From a virus: a stretch of DNA of 64,000 bases. The stretch spans positions 32,001-96,000 of IMG/VR virus record IMGVR_UViG_3300014152_000001; one strand, given 5' to 3'. Both the position numbers and the translations under genes were made by a program. Shown here piece after piece: positions 39,759 to 49,255 of this stretch (its first letter is position 1; every line of letters begins with the position of its first letter). The notes under the pieces were generated by a model that made no database searches, had not been told where the DNA came from, and was given only the letters and a program-made list of their open reading frames with translations.

Positions 39759-40153
39759 ACTTTCTTTTCCACCTTCAAAAGAGACTCTAGTTGGTTACGT
39801 TTGTAGTTTGATTTTATAAAAGGTAACAAGAGATGTGCAACGTAAAGGGCTTTCCGTGCACTATACGATACCTTGTAGATTGGATTACAGTTCGGCTTCT
39901 TTGGAAAATAGGGCGGAGATACTCTTCCAAACCCAATAATCCTCACAACTTCATCTAACATATCCTTTTGTGTATTAGTAATGGACAATTGAGGTGCTTT
40001 TTGTCCTCGTTTACTTCCAGTGCTCCACATTCCGGCAGAACCTTCTCCTTCAAAGATGCCTGCTACCCAAGCCACTTCTTCGCTAGGTCTAATTCTTTCC
40101 AATTGTCCTGCTTTTGCCCACCCACTATTGCCTTTCCAACCCATTTCAATCAC
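39755..40153 (-). CDS. Single-motif LAGLIDADG endonuclease
   Basis: AWVAGIFEGEGS, LSITNT, GFGRV, LLPFIK..K. Confidence 0.85.
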   Translation of the reverse strand: MIEMGWKGNSGWAKAGQLERIRPSEEVAWVAGIFEGEGSAGMWSTGSKRGQKAPQLSITNTQKDMLDEVVRIIGFGRVSPPYFPKKPNCNPIYKVSYSARKALYVAHLLLPFIKSNYKRNQLESLLKVEKKV

Positions 40154-40175
40154 CTACCCCTAGTATCTAGGCTAC

Positions 40176-40511
40176 TTAAGGATTATCCTTAAGAGGGCTG
40201 AGTTGGGCTTCCAAACCGTCAATTATGGGCCTATAACCCTCTAATTTGGCCCTTAGAGCCGTATCCTTCCTACTCTCAGCCATACTTAGTCCCATAGTAA
40301 TCATGCTCCTTACGAACCTGATTCCATCCTTAGCCTTCTGTGTCTCATCGCTGTCCACAGCCACCTTAATAGAGGCAATCATGTCTAAGATTATGGCAAA
40401 CGGGTCTGTAAGTTGCTGTGGTTGGAGCTTGGGTTCGTCTCCTGTTGACTCTGGATTGATTCCCTCGTCTTCAAGGAGTTCGGCCTTATAGCGAGGATTG
40501 TCGTTGCTCAT
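40176..40511 (-). CDS. Hypothetical helical protein
   Basis: ORF. Confidence 0.5.
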   Translation of the reverse strand: MSNDNPRYKAELLEDEGINPESTGDEPKLQPQQLTDPFAIILDMIASIKVAVDSDETQKAKDGIRFVRSMITMGLSMAESRKDTALRAKLEGYRPIIDGLEAQLSPLKDNP

Positions 40512-40721
40512 GCGAAGAACACCAAGATGAGACCAAGGACCATCCTAAGGAACCTACCGAACTGCCAGTATAGGTTGTCCTTCACTCCACCACCCCATAC
40601 ATACCAGTAGAATAGGTTGGCCCCGCCTTCGATAGCGAAGAAGACTCCTACAAGTTCTGTCCATAGCATACCTACCCCTATGGCGACAACCTTTATAAGT
40701 GTTCTATACCATAGGTTGCGT

Positions 40722-40913
40722 ATGGCACTGGCAAATCAGAAGGAGTTGGCAAAGGTCAAAGGAACCGTAGAGTATAAGGCAGGCACAACCGTAGTGGCTT
40801 TCAATGCCACCATCACCGTCCAATTGGATGAGCCAGAACGACAGAAGATTCTAGACGCTCTTACTGGAGCCTTTCGTAAGGTCGCTGACGAACTGGGACT
40901 TAAGGTTGCATGA
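40722..40913 (+). CDS. Hypothetical protein
   Basis: Start re-placed below a TTTATAA box. Confidence 0.5.
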   Translation: MALANQKELAKVKGTVEYKAGTTVVAFNATITVQLDEPERQKILDALTGAFRKVADELGLKVA

Positions 40914-41082
40914 AGGATATGCACTGGTATTCTGTCTCCTTATTTATCTTCGCTGTGGGTCTGCTGTGTCGAGTTCAAAGTAACGAACCTCGGCCCATAC
41001 CGTGCTGTATCTTTGCCATCCCTTGGCTCATTGCTTACGCTCTAGGCTTCGGTCTCCTTGTTCGCTACGTTCAACGAAGTAA

Positions 41083-41199
41083 TCAAGTGCAACGACTGTA
41101 GCCGCATTCACGACAATATTCACAGCCGTTGTCATGAACCAAAGCATAAACGTTACATTCGGGACACTCCTCTCCTATTGGAGTTTCAATTTTTGACAT
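41083..41199 (-). CDS. 38 aa Zn-ribbon protein resembling the NrdJ C-terminal ribbon
   Basis: CPECNVYALVHDNGCEYCRECGYSRC. Confidence 0.55.
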   Translation of the reverse strand: MSKIETPIGEECPECNVYALVHDNGCEYCRECGYSRCT

Positions 41200-41289
41200 T
41201 GGTAGGACATCTCTAGATAAGAGACCTAATAAGTCTTTTCCTTTACCAAGTGTTCAAATCCTTAAATAACCTAACCTACATACTATATT

Positions 41290-41835
41290 GTGAGCAATAC
41301 CCAAAACGCCAAGCGCATTATTGACGAAGGCGAAAAGGTGGGCGTTCAACTTAGACTCTTCGGTGGTGTGGCTTTCAAGTTGCTTTGTCCCAGTGCCCTT
41401 CAGTCGCCCTTCTACAGAACGAACAGTGACATCGACCTCATGGCGAAGAGGGAGAACAGCAAGAAGATAGACGAACTTCTCAGGTCACTAGATTACAAGC
41501 CGAGAGAGATATTCAACAAACTCAACATAGGAGAGCGTTACATCTACACTGGCGAGACCAAGATTGACATCTTCTTCGATAAGTTCAGGATGTGCCACAC
41601 CTTCGACTTCAGAGACAGCCTGCTACCGGGGGTATATACCCTACCCCTCACCGACCTTATCCTTACCAAGTTGCAGGTGATAGAGATTGCTGAGAACGAG
41701 TATAAGGACTTGGGAGCCGCCTTCTCCAACTGTTCTCTCATGGCTCTAGTTTCAGATGCTCTTGTTAAATATTCGATTGCCTTCTTTAATGTCTCTTTGT
41801 TCTCATGTGCCATTCCAAGCATAGTATTACATTGA
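41290..41835 (+). pseudogene. Archaeal nucleotidyltransferase-like gene, apparently truncated by an EndoVII insertion
   Basis: LRLFGGVA, DIDL, IDIFFD, LTKLQ..E...KD; runs into the antisense EndoVII gene at about 41740. Confidence 0.65.
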
Positions 41836-42080
41836 CTACATAGCACTCCTCTTACTCTTCCAGTCTTTGAATCATGGTCAATGTGCTTGTTCTTTCCTTG
41901 GGTATGCTTTCCACAAATCTCGCACTCATCAGTGGACTCGTAGGTGACTTGGGCTTGGTCGGGATTCATACCTGCTTTTTTCCAACGGTTTCTACGAAGA
42001 ATCAATTTGGTTCTCTCAGGATGGTCTATCTGCCATTTTCGTGCTCTTTCAATACTACGTCTCTTATCCTTATCTGGCAT
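41544..42080 (-). CDS. Endonuclease VII-family nuclease
   Basis: CEICG...HIDHDSKTGRVRGVLCSQCNTMLG...AIEYL. Confidence 0.85.
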   Translation of the reverse strand: MPDKDKRRSIERARKWQIDHPERTKLILRRNRWKKAGMNPDQAQVTYESTDECEICGKHTQGKNKHIDHDSKTGRVRGVLCSQCNTMLGMAHENKETLKKAIEYLTRASETRAMREQLEKAAPKSLYSFSAISITCNLVRIRSVRGRVYTPGSRLSLKSKVWHILNLSKKMSILVSPV

Positions 42081-42191
42081 AGTTAGAAAGGTAGGATTAT
42101 CCACTACTTAAGGATTATCCTAAGGCATCTTCTTATGTGCAGACACTAGCGTAAGTAGCCTTCATCTAATAGGGGTAGGAGCAACTAATAC

Positions 42192-42590
42192 TCATATGAG
42201 TGTCCAGAGAGGGGTATTCCATGTTATTGTATGACCAGTTGGACCGAACTTCTTCTCAAGGTAAAGTTTGGCGTTGCAGATTCGACACGCTATCTCTATG
42301 TCTGAGAGGTCTACTCTGCCTTCTACAATACGAAGGGCCAGATTTCTGTTATGGTCTCCGCCTCTTTCCATGTGAGTAGTATGGAGATGGCTGAACTCTA
42401 GAAAGTCCACAACATTGCATCCGCAATGGACGCACTTCGGAACCTCAGAACCAGTCAACTTGGCCAAGCCGCCTGCCATAACTATTTGCATCGCCTTCAG
42501 TTTGTTCTTTCGATACTTATCACTATTGTAGGTCTTCTCTTCTGGAGTAGAGGGTCGTAAAGCGGCTACTCCCTTCTTTGGTCGTCCCAT
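42192..42590 (-). CDS. HNH-type endonuclease (divergent)
   Basis: CVHCG..LEFSH...IACRICN. Confidence 0.65.
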   Translation of the reverse strand: MGRPKKGVAALRPSTPEEKTYNSDKYRKNKLKAMQIVMAGGLAKLTGSEVPKCVHCGCNVVDFLEFSHLHTTHMERGGDHNRNLALRIVEGRVDLSDIEIACRICNAKLYLEKKFGPTGHTITWNTPLWTLI

Positions 42591-42699
42591 ACCAGTCTAG
42601 TGGTAAGGGGGCTTAATAAATGTTCATCTTTTCCATGTGCAGACGTTTGTGTAGGTAGGCTTAATAGGATTCCTATGTGCACGAACTTGGTGCGTTTGT

Positions 42700-43680
42700 G
42701 CTTTGCTATCCCACCGGGACTCCCTACCCCTTATAAGGCACTCCACATTTAACAATCCTTACTGCCTATATAAAGTTTGCAGTGGAAACATTGGTTGCCT
42801 ATATAAAGACTTGCGACTACCTTTATATAGACCATCTGGATGGGGCTTGCCGCGGGGCGCAAATGCAAACGGTGGCTTTATAAGGCCCACCTAGAGGGGA
42901 TACTGGAAGTGAGGTTGCCTATATAAAGGTGTCTGGGCGGCAGGGTGCTTCTATTGGAAACGCTCATTTACAATTTGCTCTGCCTTTGCTTTTTTGACAA
43001 TGAGATAGGGAAGCATAGCAATTAGTATACGTTTTATATCTCCTCGACTGTAAATTGTCAATTGATGCACAACTTTCCATTGTGGTTTCCAATCTTTTCT
43101 AATTGGTGAAGTGATATAACCTGCTCCTACAAATTCTTTGATAGTTTCTAGCACTTCTTTATTAGTAATGGACATATTGAGCCGAACATATCCCTTTTCT
43201 GTGCCTTTATAGTAGTTTGGATGAGAGTAGTTTGACTGAGCGATATATATGCTTCCTTCACCGTCAAAGAACCCCGAAACATATTGCCAAGATATAGGTG
43301 TGTTTGCCATATCCACTGAATACACTGCATCCTATATAAAGATTCTAGCATAGCGGCCTCACGAACCTCATAAGTCTTCCACTGCAAACTTACTGAGGCG
43401 CACTGGAAACGGGGCCGCAACAGCGGGCAATATGGCAGATGCTTCTATGCTCTTGTCTTATGTTGTGCAGGTGTTTCCATATAGAATAGAGGAGAGATAG
43501 TAAGACTACTACATGAGAGTGTCATCCCTACCCTTACCACATTACCGCAGTTGATAAGAATGCACGATTATGAGGTTCTTGGGGCTTGCTCTGTCGCGAC
43601 CTGCAAGAACTTCAAACCTTTATCCAGTCCTACTCTACTCTGTTTGCACTTCGTTTCCAGTGGAAGCATTGGTAAAGTTG
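42700..43680. other. Candidate replication origin with ORB-like boxes and repeated GCCTATATAAAG motifs
   Basis: GTTTGCAGTGGAAACATTGG (42775), GTTTCCAGTGGAAGCATTGG (43653), inverted copies at 43376 and 43401. Confidence 0.5.
42951..43310 (-). CDS. Single-motif LAGLIDADG endonuclease
   Basis: YVSGFFDGEGSI, SITNKEVL, MLPYLIVKK. Confidence 0.88.
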   Translation of the reverse strand: MANTPISWQYVSGFFDGEGSIYIAQSNYSHPNYYKGTEKGYVRLNMSITNKEVLETIKEFVGAGYITSPIRKDWKPQWKVVHQLTIYSRGDIKRILIAMLPYLIVKKAKAEQIVNERFQ

Positions 43681-44116
43681 GGGCTGTGGGCTGAGATTGA
43701 ACTGGATTAGAGGAAAGGGACTGAGGGGAAGAGGGATGGCCCTTAAACTCATGGTTTTCATACATCTTTATCCTGTTGCAGTTGAAACAGAGGGTTTGAT
43801 AGCCAACGGGGAAGCCATGACGCTTTAGCCATCTATAGATGGCCTTGCCTCTCGTCTTCTTGTCGCCACGCCTCTGTTCATTCCCATTTCCATTAATATG
43901 GTCAGCAAGAAGGCAACGATGGTCAGCACAGCCACATTTGACGCAAGCCAACCTACCATTACCGTAATAGGCCAACACTTCTAGTTTGAGGGCTAAGTCT
44001 CGTCTCTTTACGCCTTCAGAGAAACAACTTTTACATATGCGGTCTGAGCATTTCATACGGGAGCCTGCCCAAGTCTCAGGAGTCAATTCAGTCCCACAAT
44101 CACGACAGAAAGGCAT
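43568..44116 (-). CDS. HNH endonuclease with N-terminal Zn finger
   Basis: CRDCG..CKSC; ADHINGNG...YQTLCFNCN. Confidence 0.8.
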   Translation of the reverse strand: MPFCRDCGTELTPETWAGSRMKCSDRICKSCFSEGVKRRDLALKLEVLAYYGNGRLACVKCGCADHRCLLADHINGNGNEQRRGDKKTRGKAIYRWLKRHGFPVGYQTLCFNCNRIKMYENHEFKGHPSSPQSLSSNPVQSQPTAPTLPMLPLETKCKQSRVGLDKGLKFLQVATEQAPRTS

Positions 44117-44240
44117 ATCTTCCTCTCTTATACGGTGGGTTGTGTTATATAAAGGTTCTCGTCTTCTAGAGGCTAGAGCAAGCCAATCTTCTGGATTCTG
44201 GCAAGAAAACCTATAGGGTATACCGTATACCTACACACCA

Positions 44241-45664
44241 ATGACTAACATAATCCCAAAGGGAAGTAAGAGAGAACGACAAACCGCAATCGAGACAGCC
44301 CTAGCTTTTGATAAGGGCGTGTCGCGTGTATGGGTAGACGAAGGCGCAGACTATGCCATAATCCACAAGAAGAGCGAGATGGGGTATTATACCCTCTTCG
44401 GACTGAGCGCAGTCGGCCTTAAGGCAATGGCCGCACTAGGCTGGACTTACCTAGACTCCACCGTTATGTGGACAGAGGAAGCGACAGACCTAGAAATGTG
44501 CCAGCACTTCGGGAGGGCGACCTAGACATGGCGACTCCCCACATTTTCGTGGCCGTTCAAGAACTCGGCATTCACATCGGAGACTTCCCGACTGTCAGAC
44601 GGGAGATAATCGTGGATGTCGGCAACGCCAAGTCCTTCGCAGACGCGGAGACGAAGGCCAAGCAACGGGTCGCAAAGAAGTTCAAAACAAACGTGGTATG
44701 TCTCCAAGTCACAGAGGTCAGGAGCGAATAGACTTGGCTCTTCACTTCGACAAACGCGGGATGTATAAGGGAATCAATCCACTGGCATCAGCACTCCCCA
44801 TAATCACAGACCCAAGCCAATCCGCAACCGAAACCCAAACCTTTCAAGCCTTAAGGGAGAACGTGAACAGCATCCGATTCAAAGGAATCAAGTTCGTTCA
44901 ATACAAACCTAAGAAGGTCAAGACTTTCACGCCCAAGATTGAGCGCAAGACAGAGGATTCTTAGCATGAACCCCGCAAAAACCAATCGCCACCTTTATCT
45001 AGGTCGCGGAGAGAGCAGAGCCATGAGCAAAATTAAGACGAATCAAAAAGTGCTAGTGGACAATTTCAGTGACTCAGACCTTCAAGTCAGAGTCTCAACG
45101 GATAAGAAGGGAAGCGTCCTAGTAGTTTCCCTTTACTCCACCAAAATAGGCCAAGTCGGGAGTCACACAACCGTAAAGGACGCGATGAAAGGCGAGAGAT
45201 ACTTCCCCGTTCCCTTCGACATTTCGGAGTCTGACTGAATTGCCTCACTTCTACCAGAACCTAGTTAATGAGACATTAGGCGAGACCGTTCCAGAAAAGG
45301 ACGCGAATGAAATTCTGGACATAGTTAGGCAAGACATCTTCCACTCAACCTTAGACTGGCAGACTAAGGCCATGTTGCAAAGAGGCATTCGACAAGCATA
45401 CGAAATCTACCTTTATCTTGAGGCAGAGACATCACCACCTTATCCCGAATATGTGAGGGAGACTTAGACTTGCCCAAATTCTTGTCTATCTTGGGAGCGA
45501 GTTACAGATACATTGAGGAAACACAGTTAAGGGGTAAGGACATGATAGGGGCTAAGATAGTGGACTTATCGGGTGACTTCTTTATCTTGGAACTGAACGG
45601 GAGATATTATTCGACTCCTTACGACAACCACAACCCAATTTCACTAAGGGAACGGAGCGAATAG
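44241..45664 (+). CDS. Cluster of six small early-type hypothetical genes (44241, 44528, 44734, 45023, 45240, 45470)
   Basis: Tightly packed + strand ORFs with SD-like GGAG/GAGG and TAGAC-start junctions. Confidence 0.55.
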
Positions 45665-46131
45665 ACTTGGACAAAATCCTAGAGTTCCACCTGAAGATAG
45701 AGAAATTGGATAAGGCCATAGTCTACCAGCCCGAAGGAAGGATAAGCATCTTCTCAACTCCGAAAATCCTAGACATCTTGACGGATAAGGTTCTAGTCAC
45801 ACCCCACGAAGTTAAACAACTTATGAGGCGACTTACGGCATGAATCCCTATTACACATTACTTAGGAAACCGATTGCCATCTACATTCTAACCGACTTCC
45901 ATAAGGGCATTGTGATTTACTATGGCAATGGATTTATGAAAGGGATAGAGATTTGTCTTCATGGCATCCGAAGGTTTGAGGTAAGCGACCCATGAGACTC
46001 CCTGATTTGCCAGTGAATTATATACTTGAAGAGATAGCGGAGACGAAGTTAGGACTCACCTTCAAGCAAGTAAAGAAGGGAGAAGAGGACGACTTCAAGA
46101 ACGCAAGCCAAGCACTTCGCAACTATGAAGA

Positions 46132-47268
46132 TTGGGTGATTTTGGCGTGAGTCACACCAATCCCTTCATGACACTGGATTCATTCCTAGACTGTGACTGT
46201 GTGCAACCTAACCAGAGCCAGAGCCACCCGACTGAGAGAGAGGGCTGGATTATAGACAAGAGCCAGAGAACCCATGAAGACTTCACAGAGTATCTGACCA
46301 GTCACCTAGTTGTCTGCCTAGAAATGGAACTGAATTACAAGACAGGGATTAGAAGTTCTCTCATTGACTCGGTTGCCGTAGACGAGTTCGGGGTTTCTAC
46401 CGATTGGATGTCGGCCTGTCCAGTGTGTGGTTTTGACGGTTGCACAAGTCACGACCCACCGAAGACCATTCGCAAGATAAAGTGCGACCCAACGATAAGA
46501 GGGAAGGAAATACTAATTTGGGGAAGTCCGATTCCAAGTGAAGAGTTTGTGCGGAGACTTCCATTAGAGAACATTAAGAAGTATTTTGTCCCTAGACCAC
46601 AGGATTCACTCCACACCCACACTCTAATTCCGCAACAGCAAAGGAGTATTCCGATTCAGATAGCACAGAACGCATGGGAGTTTTTCAGGGCATATTATCC
46701 CGCGTGGGTTCACATCTTCGGCAACTACAGACGACACTACCTTAGAAGTTGGTGGGCGCAATTCCGGTCTTACGAAACCAACCTTCTCGATTTAGACAAC
46801 TGGCCGGAAGTGTCTCAAAAGTTTCAGGGTGGACTTCACTTTGAAAATTGCAGTCGAGACAACTTCGGAGACATCACACATTTCGATGCAGAAATTCGCA
46901 CACAGGATGCCAGCACAGACCTAGAGCAAGTGGTTTCAGCCAGAGCATTGAGTAAGGCCATCTTCTTGAAGTCTGCACAACTAGCAACTGAGGGAGTTAT
47001 CGAGATGCCCGTAAAGAAGAAGGCGATAATTCTTCCACTAATAGAGGAACTTAACAGAGGGTGTGTGAATCACCGAAGGCCAGACTTTTACGGCCACACA
47101 AAACAGTCGTTTGACCTCACCCTAGAAGAGAGGCACGGTTCATTCATGAGAGGACTGGCCGAAGAGTTCTTTAGCCAAGTCAAACCCTTTCTCTCGGAGT
47201 TTGAGGCAAGATGTGTGACTAATTGCATTGTTAATCCTATTCGACATAGAAGGCCAAAGTTCGCATGA
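46132..47268 (+). CDS. Putative amidoligase (COOH-NH2 ligase, GS/GCS fold), paralogue 1
   Basis: CLEMELNY, KCDPTIRGKE, SLHTH, AEIRTQD. Confidence 0.7.
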   Translation: MGDFGVSHTNPFMTLDSFLDCDCVQPNQSQSHPTEREGWIIDKSQRTHEDFTEYLTSHLVVCLEMELNYKTGIRSSLIDSVAVDEFGVSTDWMSACPVCGFDGCTSHDPPKTIRKIKCDPTIRGKEILIWGSPIPSEEFVRRLPLENIKKYFVPRPQDSLHTHTLIPQQQRSIPIQIAQNAWEFFRAYYPAWVHIFGNYRRHYLRSWWAQFRSYETNLLDLDNWPEVSQKFQGGLHFENCSRDNFGDITHFDAEIRTQDASTDLEQVVSARALSKAIFLKSAQLATEGVIEMPVKKKAIILPLIEELNRGCVNHRRPDFYGHTKQSFDLTLEERHGSFMRGLAEEFFSQVKPFLSEFEARCVTNCIVNPIRHRRPKFA

Positions 47269-47321
47269 AACCCGCAACTTCTCATCACTACCCTTTTATA
47301 CTTCGCGGAGAAGGCAGACCT

Positions 47322-47567
47322 ATGAGTAAACGCAAACCGAGTCAGTCGATGCCTCTAAAGGTCAAGAACGAAGGTCGAGTCTTCGCCATCACCCTAGCGG
47401 TCAGCAAGAATCGGATGATTGACTTGATAAAGGGCGAAGGGGTAGCAATGGGCATTATCTCGGTGAGACGCATAACGGAAGACGAAAAGGACGCACTTGT
47501 TTCAGCAAAAGAAGACGAAGAGTTCACAATAACAAACGCTCAAGACTTCAACGGGGTTATGGAGTAA
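47322..47567 (+). CDS. Hypothetical protein
   Basis: ATG below a promoter cassette. Confidence 0.5.
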   Translation: MSKRKPSQSMPLKVKNEGRVFAITLAVSKNRMIDLIKGEGVAMGIISVRRITEDEKDALVSAKEDEEFTITNAQDFNGVME

Positions 47568-47568
47568 A

Positions 47569-49149
47569 ATGTTGCCCACCGAGACGATTGAGTTCTCGGA
47601 AGACCCGATAAGGGTAGAAGACTTACACGTTCATTCAACGAGTTCTAATGCCAGTCAATCCGCTTGCCCCTATTGTGGAGCGAAGATTATTGGACACATT
47701 CAGCCAACCGAGCCAGACACAATAGAGCATGAGCATCGATTGATTGACGGCCTAGAAATTTGTCGTAGACTTTACGAATGCAGTTCTCTAGGACTGACTA
47801 GCCAGTTTTACACTTATCAGGACTTAGCCAGCCTTCCCCACTGGACTATTGCACAAGTCACACAGGGGAAGGCCGAAAAAGCAGACGACACCGAGAGGAT
47901 TCAATTCGGAAGGAAGAAATTGGCCGAAAATATCAAACCCACTTGGCGATTCAAGACTAAGTTAGCAACAGAGAACGACTTCACGGATTATCTAGCCAAG
48001 AACCTAGTGTTGGGGCTGGAATTGGAATACGACTTCATCGACCCTAATCGCCCAACATCGGAATCTCAGATTCGCAGAGCCTTCGGGGTCAATCCTACAG
48101 AGTATCACCACGCTCCCGACTGCCCAGTTTGTGGGAGCGATATATGTTGGAATCATCTGCCCGACAATCTCATCAGAGGCATTGAAAGAGATGCTTCAAT
48201 TGCGGGATGGGAGTTCTTGATTTACGGGAGTCACATTTCAAGCGAAGAGTTTGCCAAGCGTCTGCCACTGGCTAAGTTCAGAGAACACTTCATAGTCAAT
48301 GAGAGAGACGGACTCCACGTTCACGCGATGCTTAAGCACGACATCCTTCGGCTTCCTTCCGTTATCGTCAAGAACCTCTGGCAACTCTTCCGCTATTACT
48401 ACCCCGCTTGGGTAAACTTATTCGGCAACTATTCACAGTCTCAGGGATTCCTAAGACATTCAACCTATTCCGGCCACGATTATGTGACGTTTACTTCATT
48501 CTCAAAGTCTCCCTTCTTGGCTCGATGGGCGCAAGACGTTAAGATGCAACGATGTGCTCTCTACCTAAAGGAAACTCCGATTGAATGTGACGACATGGAC
48601 ACCTTCGATATTGAGATTCGGACTTGCGATGCTTCGATGGACTTAGAGCAGATTATCGCGGTGAGAGCAATTACTAAGGCCATGATTCTCAGAGCATCAC
48701 AACTCAGCACTTTCGGCCTAGTCAGCGTTGAAACCAACGAAGAGGTCTGGAACAGGGTAAAGGACGTAGTGGGTAAAATCAATCTAAGGACTGGATTCAA
48801 GCCAGAGGACATTGAGTTCATGAACAATCACACCGTAAACATGATTAAAGAGTTCGCTCCGTTCCTCTCGGAGTTCGAGAGGACTTGCCTTAAGCATCTG
48901 ATTGAGAAGCCAGTGAGAGAGCGAGAAGTTCATCCGACATCTACAGACTTAGGCTTAGACATGAGCGAGAACGCCAAACATCTTAAGAAATTAATCGCCA
49001 TCGGTGACATTGAGGCCGACAATGAAGAGGCGTGGTTCAAGAAGGTCGCCCACATAATGGGACTACAGATTGAGGAAGTCAAGACAGCACTTCGCCAACT
49101 AAAGGCTTACTTCGATGGGGAAACTCATCAGATGCTAGTGGTGGGATAG
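47569..49149 (+). CDS. Putative amidoligase (COOH-NH2 ligase), paralogue 2
   Basis: LGLELEY, ERDASIAGWEF, GLHVH, IEIRTCD. Confidence 0.75.
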   Translation: MLPTETIEFSEDPIRVEDLHVHSTSSNASQSACPYCGAKIIGHIQPTEPDTIEHEHRLIDGLEICRRLYECSSLGLTSQFYTYQDLASLPHWTIAQVTQGKAEKADDTERIQFGRKKLAENIKPTWRFKTKLATENDFTDYLAKNLVLGLELEYDFIDPNRPTSESQIRRAFGVNPTEYHHAPDCPVCGSDICWNHLPDNLIRGIERDASIAGWEFLIYGSHISSEEFAKRLPLAKFREHFIVNERDGLHVHAMLKHDILRLPSVIVKNLWQLFRYYYPAWVNLFGNYSQSQGFLRHSTYSGHDYVTFTSFSKSPFLARWAQDVKMQRCALYLKETPIECDDMDTFDIEIRTCDASMDLEQIIAVRAITKAMILRASQLSTFGLVSVETNEEVWNRVKDVVGKINLRTGFKPEDIEFMNNHTVNMIKEFAPFLSEFERTCLKHLIEKPVREREVHPTSTDLGLDMSENAKHLKKLIAIGDIEADNEEAWFKKVAHIMGLQIEEVKTALRQLKAYFDGETHQMLVVG

Positions 49150-49255
49150 ATGCAAACCAAGACAGTGAACGGTTGCAAATACTGGTTCGAGTCTCATGTT
49201 CACCATATAACCGAAAAGGGCGAAGAATGCCCCAATTCACAGAGGGATTGAGACA

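Noticed and set aside
39755-43310. LAGLIDADG genes as inteins or intron ORFs
   Set aside because: No Hint motifs (N-terminal C, C-terminal HN) and no interrupted host gene on either side.
43775-43795. GTTGCAGTTGAAACAGAGGG as an additional ORB
   Set aside because: It is the antisense of the conserved TLCFNCN coding motif, so it is explained by protein constraint.
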